A DNA stretch of 64,000 nt from Actinomycetota bacterium (GTDB lineage Bacteria; Actinomycetota; Actinomycetes; Mycobacteriales; SCTD01). The stretch covers positions 30,922 through 94,921 of the forward strand of contig JAWWOH010000104.1 of assembly GCA_033851845.1 (NCBI GenBank). Reading direction: 5' to 3'. This document shows, one piece after another, positions 36,768-44,505 of the stretch. The position numbers were made by a program, and so were the translations under genes. Each line of letters starts with the position of its first letter. Within the stretch, counting starts at the first letter, position 1. The notes beneath the pieces are model-generated. The model did no database searches. It had not been told where the DNA came from and saw only the letters and a list, made by a program, of their open reading frames with translations.

Positions 36768-37669
36768 GCGCGGCTGCCGGTGAACTCGAGGGAGTCGTGG
36801 GTGAGCTCCATGAACGCCTCTTCCAGCGACGCCGCCTGCGCGGTCAGCTCCAGCAGGGTGATGCCGGCACCGCCGGCGGCGATGCCGATCTCGTCGGTGC
36901 TCAGACCGGCGACGCTCAAGGCGCCGTCGACGGGTGTGACGATCGCCTTCGACTTCTCCAGCAGCGCTGTCAGGCCCTTCGGATCGGTCGTGCGGACCCG
37001 CACGAGGTTGCGACCGGCCGAGCGGATGAACTCCTGCACGCCGACATCCGCGATCAAGCGGCCCTTGCCGACGACGAGCAGGTGGTCGGCCGTCTGCGCC
37101 ATCTCGGCCATCAGGTGCGACGACACGAGCACGGTGCGGCCGCCGGCCGCGCGTTCCTTCAGCAGCTCGCGGATCCAGCGGATCCCCTCGGGGTCGAGGC
37201 CGTTGACCGGCTCGTCGAGCACCAGCGTGCTGGGGTCGCCGAGAAGCGCCGTCGCGATGCCAAGCCGTTGGCCCATGCCGAGGGAGAAGCTCTTGACCCG
37301 CTTGCGCGCGACGTCGCGCAGCCCGACGACGTCGATCAGCTCGTCGACGCGCGTCTTCGGGATGCCCGTCGTCTGGGCCAGCGCGATGAGGTGGTTGCGC
37401 GCCGACCGACCCGTGTGAATGGCGCGCGCTTCGAGCAGCGCACCGACCTCGTGCAGCGGTGCCCTGTGGTCGCGGTAGGCCTTGCCGTTGACGGTCACGG
37501 TGCCAGCAGTCGGGCGATCCAGTCCCAGGATCATCCGCATCGTCGTCGACTTGCCGGCGCCGTTCGGGCCGAGGAAGCCGGTCACGACACCCGGGCGGAC
37601 GACGAAGGACAGGTTGTCGACAGCCAGCTTGTCGCCATACCTCTTCGTCAAGCCATGCGCCTCGATCAC
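36764..37669 (-). CDS. ABC transporter ATP-binding protein (ABC-2 exporter type)
   Basis: Walker A GPNGAGKSTT, signature FSLGMGQR, Walker B LVLDEP. The GTG start overlaps the thiH stop (GTGA). Confidence 0.9.
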   Translation of the reverse strand: MIEAHGLTKRYGDKLAVDNLSFVVRPGVVTGFLGPNGAGKSTTMRMILGLDRPTAGTVTVNGKAYRDHRAPLHEVGALLEARAIHTGRSARNHLIALAQTTGIPKTRVDELIDVVGLRDVARKRVKSFSLGMGQRLGIATALLGDPSTLVLDEPVNGLDPEGIRWIRELLKERAAGGRTVLVSSHLMAEMAQTADHLLVVGKGRLIADVGVQEFIRSAGRNLVRVRTTDPKGLTALLEKSKAIVTPVDGALSVAGLSTDEIGIAAGGAGITLLELTAQAASLEEAFMELTHDSLEFTGSRA

Positions 37670-38802
37670 GCGAGCACCTCTCGGTCGTCGCGCTGATCTC
37701 CCCGAAGCGGGAACGCGTCCTTCCACACCGGCTCGTAGCCGGCTGCGTCCAGCATGGCAGCAACGGCGGCGGGCGTGCGCTCGTCGGAGACGGCGAACTG
37801 CTCCTGCGCCAGGCCCGGCGTGGTGTAGCCGCCGGGCTCGGTGGACGAGCCGGCGCTCATCGTCGTGACCGCGATCCGTACCAGCCCGTCGCGCAGCGCC
37901 GCCGGCTCGCGGGTCGACAACACGATGCCGGCTTCGGGTGCTGCCAGCCGCAGCGCAGCGAGCGCTTGGACGTACTCCGCGTCGGTCACGGCGACAACCG
38001 GCTGGAACCCGGATGCGCTCGGCTTGATGCGCGGCAGCGCGACCGTGACCTCGGTGCGCCAGTACTCACGTTGCAGCCAGGTCGCGTGATGTGCGACCGC
38101 GAGGACGTCGGCGCGCCAGTCGGTGCTCAAGCCGAGCAGCGCGCCGATGCCGAGGCGGCGTACGCCGGCTTCGGCAGCGCGCTCGGTCGACGACAGCCGG
38201 CGGTCGTAGTCGCGCTTCCAGCCGGCCAGGTGCGTCTGCGCGTAGCGCGCGCGGTCGTAGGTCTCCTGGTAGTGCACGACGCCTTCCAGCCCGGCGTCGA
38301 CGAGCCGGACGTAGGTGTCGTCGGACCAGGTCTGCGTCTCGATGCTGATGCTCGGGACGTGCGGCCGCAGCCGCTCGACGCACTCGACGAGATAGTCGGC
38401 ACTGACCTCGATGCGGTGCTCGCCGGCGACCAGCAAAAGATGCCGGAAGCCTTGCTGGGTAAGGGCTTTCGCCTCCTCGACGACTTCGTCGACGGACAGT
38501 GTCCTACGTACGACGTCGAGTCCTTTGCTGAAGCCGCAGTAGGTGCATGACGACAGGCACGCGTTGCTGACGTAGAGCGGAGCGAAGAGGCGGACGGCAC
38601 GACCGAAGCGCTGCAGGGTGGCGGCGCGGGCAGCCTGCGCGAGCTCCTCGAGTCGTGCCGTCGCGGCTCGACTCAGCAGGGCGGGGAGCGTGGCGAGACC
38701 GGGGTGCTGCAGCGCGTGATCGACGTCGGCCTCGTCGTACTCGCGGGTGTGCAGGTCGACGCCGTCGATGTACGTCGCGAACCGGCCGGGAGGAGTGCTC
38801 AA
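37666..38802 (-). CDS. thiH: 2-iminoacetate synthase (tyrosine lyase), radical SAM
   Basis: CLSSCTYC (CxxxCxxC). By-eye colinearity with E. coli ThiH: [49 protein letters not shown]. The TTG start overlaps the thiG stop. Confidence 0.9.
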   Translation of the reverse strand: MSTPPGRFATYIDGVDLHTREYDEADVDHALQHPGLATLPALLSRAATARLEELAQAARAATLQRFGRAVRLFAPLYVSNACLSSCTYCGFSKGLDVVRRTLSVDEVVEEAKALTQQGFRHLLLVAGEHRIEVSADYLVECVERLRPHVPSISIETQTWSDDTYVRLVDAGLEGVVHYQETYDRARYAQTHLAGWKRDYDRRLSSTERAAEAGVRRLGIGALLGLSTDWRADVLAVAHHATWLQREYWRTEVTVALPRIKPSASGFQPVVAVTDAEYVQALAALRLAAPEAGIVLSTREPAALRDGLVRIAVTTMSAGSSTEPGGYTTPGLAQEQFAVSDERTPAAVAAMLDAAGYEPVWKDAFPLRGDQRDDREVLA

Positions 38803-39596
38803 GACAGAAAGCCGGTCAGCGGGCTGGAGGCCTCGGCGGTGTCGAGGACGGCACCGCGGCCGGCGAGGTGGCCGAGACGGCCGGCCTCGGTGGCGAGCGC
38901 GAACGCGCGCGCCATCCGCACCGGATCGGATGCCACCGCGATGGCGGTGTTGACGAGCACGGCATCGGCGCCGATCTCCATCGCCTCGGCGGCATCACTC
39001 GGCACACCGAGACCTGCGTCGACGACGACCGGAACGTGCGCCTGCTCGACGATGACCTCGATCGCGTCTCGGGTGCGCAGGCCGCGGTTGCTGCCGATCC
39101 ATGCGCCGAGCGGCATGACCGTTGCGCAGCCCGCCTCCTCGAGGTGCCGGCACAGCACAGGGTCGGCGGAGCAGTAGGGCAGTACGACGAAGCCCTCGAC
39201 CACCAGCCGCTCTGCTGCTCTCAGCGTCTCGATCGGGTCGGGCGCCAGGGTGCGCGGGTCGGGCGTCACCTCGAGCTTCACCAGGTCGGCGCCGGTCGCC
39301 GCCCGGCCGAGCCGGGCCAGCCGCACCGCCTCGTCCGCGTCGATCGCGCCGGAGGTGTTGGGCAGCAGCGTCATCCCGGGCGGCACGAAGTCGAGGACGT
39401 CGCCGCCCTGCGCACTCCCGATGGCCTGCCGGTCGAGGTCGACCCGGCGCAGGGCGACGGTGACGATCTCGGCGCCGCTGGCCAGCAGGGCGTCGCGCAT
39501 CACCGCATGTGAGCGGAACTTGCCGGTGCCGACGAGCAGCCGGCTGGCGTACGCGCGCCCCGCGATGACCAGGGGATCCCCCGGGTCGAGTGCCAT
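38799..39596 (-). CDS. thiG: thiazole synthase
   Basis: [27 protein letters not shown]..., 265 aa, typical ThiG TIM barrel. Confidence 0.95.
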   Translation of the reverse strand: MALDPGDPLVIAGRAYASRLLVGTGKFRSHAVMRDALLASGAEIVTVALRRVDLDRQAIGSAQGGDVLDFVPPGMTLLPNTSGAIDADEAVRLARLGRAATGADLVKLEVTPDPRTLAPDPIETLRAAERLVVEGFVVLPYCSADPVLCRHLEEAGCATVMPLGAWIGSNRGLRTRDAIEVIVEQAHVPVVVDAGLGVPSDAAEAMEIGADAVLVNTAIAVASDPVRMARAFALATEAGRLGHLAGRGAVLDTAEASSPLTGFLS

Positions 39597-39600
39597 GTCG

Positions 39601-39695
39601 TCTCCCCACGCCGGCGTTACCCGGATCGGGTGCTGCGGGTCGCCGACGGGCTGGTCGGCCTCTCAGCCCGCGTCCGCGGGCTCCCCGGTACTGAC
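39601..39695 (-). promoter_or_regulatory. TPP (THI-box) riboswitch
   Basis: The minus strand reads ...GGGGAGCCCGCGGACGCGGGCTGAGAGGCCGACCAGCCCGTCGGCGACCCGCAGCACCCGATCCGGGTAACGCCGGCGTGGGGAGA-CGAC-ATG. CTGAGA and ACCCGATCCGGGTAACGCCGGCG match the THI-box consensus. A -10-like TAGAGT lies at 39708-39703. Confidence 0.85.
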
Positions 39696-39734
39696 AGGCC
39701 CGACTCTAACCGCGCGCCGCTCCGCTCCCGCCGA

Positions 39735-39807
39735 TGATCTTCTGCCAGACGGGTTGGACCGCAACACGCCCGGCGCGTCGCGGCGCAGACCGGCCCGCAG
39801 AAGATCA
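39735..39807. repeat. 11-bp perfect inverted repeat (TGATCTTCTGC / GCAGAAGATCA), 51-nt spacer
   Basis: Checked base by base. AT-rich arms in a GC-rich intergenic region upstream of the LysM/transglycosylase gene. Confidence 0.9.
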
Positions 39808-39933
39808 CCCCGGAGGAGGCCTGGCTGGGGTTGCTGGGGTGGCGTGTCGACCGGACGGGCCGGAGCGATCGGCGTACAGTTGTAACTTCCGTCACTCTTG
39901 TCACAGGAGCCCCACGGGGCTACCGTCGCTGAA

Positions 39934-40851
39934 ATGCCTCGCCGTGCGCCGTACCGCACGCTCGCGATCGTGCTGACGCTGGCCGCCGTGCTCACGGCCG
40001 GGGCAACCTCGAACGTCCGCGTGAAGCAGGGCGACACGCTCTGGGAGATCGCCCAGCGCCACCACACGACCGTCGCGGTGCTGCGCCAGCTCAACGACCT
40101 GCCGGGCAGCGGCACGATCTACGTGGGCGACATCCTCAAGGTCCCCGGGGCCACGCCGGCGGCCCGGCCGCGGACCCGGGTCGTGGAGAAGGGCTACACC
40201 GTCCGGTCGGGCGACAACCTGACCGCCATCGCCAAGAAGTACGGCGTGAGCGTGCGCACGATCCAGCTGCGTAACAAGCTCCCGCGCAGCGGAATCGTCG
40301 TCATCGGCCGGCGGCTCGCGATCCCCGTGACGGTGACCACCGCGCCGGCCACGAAGCCCAACAGCGCCACGCACAACGCGGGGCTGCGCATCCCGCTGAA
40401 GGTGCAGCGGTCGGCCGCCAAGCACCGCGCCTTCCTCGGCTCCCACCGGCAGCCGTCGAAAGCGACGGTCCGCAAGCTGGTCTACAAGACGGCGAAGCGC
40501 ATTGGTCTCGACCCGTCCCTCGCGCTCGCGGTCGCCTACCACGAGAGCGGCTTCCAGCAGCGCGTCGTGTCCCCCGTGGATGCGATCGGCGTGATGCAGG
40601 TGCTGCCCTCGACCGCGCGGGCGCTGAGCGCGGCGTACCACCGCAAGCTCAACCTGCTCAAGGTCGAGGACAACGTCCTGGCCGGCACGCTGCTGCTCAG
40701 CCAGCTCGTCCGCGCCACCGGGCGAGCCGACCTGGCGCTCGCGGGCTACTACCAGGGGCTGGGCTCGGTCCGCTCCCGCGGGATGCTGCCGCAGACGCAC
40801 GCGTACATCCGCAACGTGACCGTGCTGAGGGCGCGCTTCCGCAAGGGATGA
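39934..40851 (+). CDS. LysM-domain lytic transglycosylase (SLT domain)
   Basis: Signal/anchor MPRRAPYRTLAIVLTLAAVLTAG, two LysM repeats (VKQGDTLWEIAQRH..., VRSGDNLTAIAKKYG...), and an SLT catalytic region AVAYHESGF...GVMQV. The ORF is open from TTG 39898. Confidence 0.8.
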   Translation: MPRRAPYRTLAIVLTLAAVLTAGATSNVRVKQGDTLWEIAQRHHTTVAVLRQLNDLPGSGTIYVGDILKVPGATPAARPRTRVVEKGYTVRSGDNLTAIAKKYGVSVRTIQLRNKLPRSGIVVIGRRLAIPVTVTTAPATKPNSATHNAGLRIPLKVQRSAAKHRAFLGSHRQPSKATVRKLVYKTAKRIGLDPSLALAVAYHESGFQQRVVSPVDAIGVMQVLPSTARALSAAYHRKLNLLKVEDNVLAGTLLLSQLVRATGRADLALAGYYQGLGSVRSRGMLPQTHAYIRNVTVLRARFRKG

Positions 40852-42722
40852 TCGGCGCGCACCTAGACTCGGAGGCCGTGGACCAGCCCGTGGAGACCGC
40901 CGCCGACCCCCTGGTCGGGCGCCTCCTCGACGGCAGGTACCGCCTCGACCGCCCGATCGCCCGCGGCGGCATGGCGACCGTGTACACGGCCACCGACACC
41001 CGACTGGACCGCGTCGTCGCGGTGAAGGTGATGCGGCCCGCGATCGCCGACGACCCCGACTTCGTGGCACGGTTCGCCCGGGAGGCGCGCGCGGCGGCCC
41101 GGCTGTCCAGTCCCGAGGTCGTAGCCGTCCATGACCAGGGCACCGATCCGTCGACCGGCACGGCGTACCTCGTCATGGAGTACGTCGCCGGCAAGACGCT
41201 GCGCGACGTCATCCGCGACGAGGGACCGCTGACTCCGAGCCGGGCGCTGGCGCTGCTCGAGCCCGTGCTGCGCGCGCTGGCCGCCGCCCACGCCGCCGGC
41301 CTCGTGCACCGCGACGTGAAGCCGGAGAACGTCCTGCTCGGCGACGACGGCCGGGTGAAGGTGGCCGACTTCGGGCTGGCCCGCGCGGTCGAGACCTCAC
41401 GCCTGACCGCGAGCCTCGGACTGCTCATGGGCACCGTCGCATACGTCGCGCCGGAGCAGGCGCAGCACGGCCTGGCCGATGCCCGCACCGATGTCTACGC
41501 GGCCGGCATCCTGCTTTGGGAGATGCTCACCGGCACTCCCCCGTACGCCGGCGACACGCCGCTGTCGGTCGCGATGCGGCACGTCAACGAGGACGTCCCC
41601 CCGCCCTCGCAGGTGGTGCACGGCATCCCGGTCGCTGTCGACGTCCTGACGGTGCGGGCCACCCGACGCGACCCCGACCAGCGGCCCGCCGACGCAGGAG
41701 CGTTCCTGGCCGAGCTGATGGCGGCCCGCGCAACCCTGCCGGCTGCTGCGGCCGAGACCCAGCCGACCCTGGTGGTGCCGCGCGCGGTGGTCGCGGCCCC
41801 GGCTGGGCAGCCGGTCGTCGAGACGATCAGGCCGCAGCGCAAGCGCAAGCGCCGTACCGGGCTGATCGCCTGGATCGCGATCGCCGCCCTCGCCGTGCTC
41901 GCTCTCGGCGGCGGCTGGTACCTCGGCAGCGGCCGCTACACCCACGCGCCATCGGTGCTGAAGATCAGTCAGGCCGCGGCGCAGCAGAAGCTCGCGAGCG
42001 ACGGGCTGAAGACCAAGGTCGGGCCGGCGGAGTTCAGCGACACGGTCGCGAAGGGCCTGGTGCTGCGCCAGGACCCGGGACCCAACCACCGGGTGCGCAA
42101 GCACGGCACGGTCACGCTGTTTCTGTCCAAGGGCGCTGACCTGCGGGCGGTGCCCAACGTCGTCGGCTCCACGGTCGCCATCGCCGTCGCCAACCTCAAG
42201 TCGGCCGGCCTGGTGAGCGGCGACGAGATCGACCGGTTCTCGTCGGCCGCCAAGGGCCTGGTCATCGCGACCGACCCACCGGTCGGCACGAAGCTGCGGC
42301 CGAACTCCGTCGTGAAGCTCGTCGTCAGCAAGGGACCTGAGCTCATCCCGGTGCCTGACGTCCAGGGCATGCCGGAGGCCCAGGCGAAGGACACGGTCAA
42401 CAAGGCGGGCTTCACGTACACGACCGTGCAGGTCTTCAGCGACACGGTCCCCGCGGGCGTCGTTGCCGACCAGTCCCCGAGCAGCGGCACCGCGCCGCGC
42501 AACTCGAGCATTGCCCTGCAGATCAGCAAGGGACCCGAGCTGGTCGTCGTGCCGAACGTGACCGGGAAGAAGCGCGACGATGCTGTCCAGCAGATCGAGG
42601 CGCTCGGGCTGCAGGCACAGGTGCTCACGCCGTTCGGCGGCGGCAACAAGGTGCACGCTCAGAGCCCCGCTCCGGGGAGCCAGGTGAAGAAGGGCAGCGT
42701 CGTACGCCTGCTCGTCTACTGA
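40848..42722 (+). CDS. Ser/Thr protein kinase with four PASTA domains
   Basis: Hanks kinase motifs (VAVKV, HRDVKPEN, DFG, APE), one TM helix and four PASTA repeats. ATGA overlap with the transglycosylase gene. Confidence 0.9.
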   Translation: MIGAHLDSEAVDQPVETAADPLVGRLLDGRYRLDRPIARGGMATVYTATDTRLDRVVAVKVMRPAIADDPDFVARFAREARAAARLSSPEVVAVHDQGTDPSTGTAYLVMEYVAGKTLRDVIRDEGPLTPSRALALLEPVLRALAAAHAAGLVHRDVKPENVLLGDDGRVKVADFGLARAVETSRLTASLGLLMGTVAYVAPEQAQHGLADARTDVYAAGILLWEMLTGTPPYAGDTPLSVAMRHVNEDVPPPSQVVHGIPVAVDVLTVRATRRDPDQRPADAGAFLAELMAARATLPAAAAETQPTLVVPRAVVAAPAGQPVVETIRPQRKRKRRTGLIAWIAIAALAVLALGGGWYLGSGRYTHAPSVLKISQAAAQQKLASDGLKTKVGPAEFSDTVAKGLVLRQDPGPNHRVRKHGTVTLFLSKGADLRAVPNVVGSTVAIAVANLKSAGLVSGDEIDRFSSAAKGLVIATDPPVGTKLRPNSVVKLVVSKGPELIPVPDVQGMPEAQAKDTVNKAGFTYTTVQVFSDTVPAGVVADQSPSSGTAPRNSSIALQISKGPELVVVPNVTGKKRDDAVQQIEALGLQAQVLTPFGGGNKVHAQSPAPGSQVKKGSVVRLLVY

Positions 42723-42735
42723 CATCCTGGTAGCC

Positions 42736-43596
42736 GTGCCCCCTCGCAAGCCGTCCCCGGTGGGCGCCCACGTCTTCGTGGGCGCGGGGCTGCCGAAGGC
42801 GCTCGCGTACGCCGCCGAGATCGGCGCGCAGGTGATTCAGGTCTTCGTCTCCAACCCGCGTGGCTGGGCGCCCAGTGCCGGCAACCCCGCGCACGACGAG
42901 GCCTTCAAGGCGCACACCGCGGCCGCCGCGATGCCTGTCTACGTGCATGCGCCGTACCTGGTGAACTTCGGCTCCCCCACCGAGGCGACCTGCCGAAAGT
43001 CCGTCGAGTCCGTGACGCACGCGATGAAGCGCGGGATGGCGATCGGTGCAAAGGGCGTCGTGGTGCACGCCGGCAGCGCCGTCGCCGGCGCGCATCGCGA
43101 CGACGCGATGAAGCAGCTGCGCGAGCACCTCCTGCCCCTCCTCGACGCGGCGGACCCCGAGGGACCCAAGCTGCTCGTCGAGCCGACCGCGGGCGGCAAG
43201 GGCGCCCTGTGCGCGACGGTCGACCAGCTGGCACCGTGGTTCGCCGAGCTCGACGACCACCCGATGCTCGGTGTCTGCCTCGACACCTGCCACCTGTACG
43301 CCGCCGGCCACGACCTCGCCGCTCCCGGCGGCGCGAAGAAGACCCTCGACCTGCTGGTGAAGACGGTCGGCCGGGGTCGGCTCGGCCTCGTGCACGCCAA
43401 CGACTCCAAGGACCCACTCGGCTCCGGCCGCGACCGGCACGCATCGATCGGCGACGGGCACATCGGCAAGGACATGTTCGCGGAGCTGTTCCGGCACCCG
43501 GCGACGCGCGGTGTGCCGGTCCTGGTCGAGACGCCAGGCGATGCCGCTTCCCACCGCCGCGACATCGAGATCCTGACGTCCCTGCGCGACGCGTGA
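42736..43596 (+). CDS. nfo: deoxyribonuclease IV (endonuclease IV)
   Basis: AP endonuclease family 2 TIM barrel. VHAPYLVNFGSP, VVVHAGS, LVHANDSK, HASIGDGHIG. Confidence 0.85.
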   Translation: MPPRKPSPVGAHVFVGAGLPKALAYAAEIGAQVIQVFVSNPRGWAPSAGNPAHDEAFKAHTAAAAMPVYVHAPYLVNFGSPTEATCRKSVESVTHAMKRGMAIGAKGVVVHAGSAVAGAHRDDAMKQLREHLLPLLDAADPEGPKLLVEPTAGGKGALCATVDQLAPWFAELDDHPMLGVCLDTCHLYAAGHDLAAPGGAKKTLDLLVKTVGRGRLGLVHANDSKDPLGSGRDRHASIGDGHIGKDMFAELFRHPATRGVPVLVETPGDAASHRRDIEILTSLRDA

Positions 43597-44465
43597 GAGC
43601 CCCCGCTCTCGCGCTGATCGCCGTCACGGCCGTCTGGGGGTCGACGTTCGTCGTCGTCAAGGACTCGGTCGAGAAGATGCCGGTGACCGACTTCCTCACC
43701 TGGCGGTTCGCGCTCGCCGCGCTCGCGATGCTGGTGGTCCGTCCGCGCGCTGTCGGCAGCCTGGGGCCAGGGGGGCGACGCGCCGGCGTGCTCATCGGCC
43801 TGGCGCTCGGCGCCGGCTACCTGCTGCAGACCCTCGGGCTTCAGACGACCCCCGCCGCCGTCAGCGGCTTCATCACCGGAATGTTCGTCGTGCTGACCCC
43901 GCTCGCCGCCGCGGTGCTGCTCCGCAAGCCGCCCGACCGGACCGCGTGGGCCGCCGTCGGCCTCGCGACCGCAGGCCTGGGCTTCCTGGCGCTGCACGGC
44001 TTCACGGTCGGTCGCGGCGAGCTGCTCACCCTGGGCTGCGCGGCGGCGTTCGCGCTGCACATCGTCGGTCTCGGGCGCTGGGCATCGGCGTACGACGTCT
44101 ACGGGCTCGCTGTTCTCCAGCTCCTGACCGTCGCCGGAACGTGCGCGGTGGTCGCGGTCCCGGGCGGGTTGGCGATGCCACCGGATGCGCAGGTCTGGGG
44201 CGCGCTCGCGCTCACCGCCCTGGCGGCGACGGCCATCGCGTTCGTCGTGCAGACGTGGGCCCAGGCGCACCTGGCGCCGACGCGCGCTGCGGTGATCATG
44301 ACGATGGAGCCGGTGTTCGCGGGGTTGTTCGCCGTGGTGGCTGCCGGCGAGCACCTCGGTCCCCGCACGCTCACCGGTGCGGTCCTCGTGCTCGCCGCGA
44401 TGATCCTGACCGAGGTGGGCCCGCGGCGGGGCGCGGAGGGCGAGGTAGAGCGGCTGGAGGTCTGA
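43593..44465 (+). CDS. EamA/DMT family transporter
   Basis: 10 TM helices and two EamA repeats. GTGA overlap with nfo. Confidence 0.85.
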   Translation: MRAPALALIAVTAVWGSTFVVVKDSVEKMPVTDFLTWRFALAALAMLVVRPRAVGSLGPGGRRAGVLIGLALGAGYLLQTLGLQTTPAAVSGFITGMFVVLTPLAAAVLLRKPPDRTAWAAVGLATAGLGFLALHGFTVGRGELLTLGCAAAFALHIVGLGRWASAYDVYGLAVLQLLTVAGTCAVVAVPGGLAMPPDAQVWGALALTALAATAIAFVVQTWAQAHLAPTRAAVIMTMEPVFAGLFAVVAAGEHLGPRTLTGAVLVLAAMILTEVGPRRGAEGEVERLEV

Positions 44466-44505
44466 CGCCGGCAGGAGAAGCCCCGCCGGCATGGAAGTGA
44501 GTCAC

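Noticed and set aside
39729-39874. Calling the LysM-gene leader a canonical ydaO (c-di-AMP) riboswitch
   Set aside because: The 5' half resembles the motif (closing helix, hairpin, CGGAGGA, GGGGTT). Only about 38 nt remain for the 3' half, where about 60 are needed. I also cannot find the conserved CCGA...ACAGCUAAC-like segment.
39844-39885. 13-codon ORF (VSTGRAGAIGVQL) downstream of GGAGGAGG
   Set aside because: The spacing from the SD-like motif is about 24 nt and there is no conservation argument. It is probably part of the RNA element rather than a peptide.
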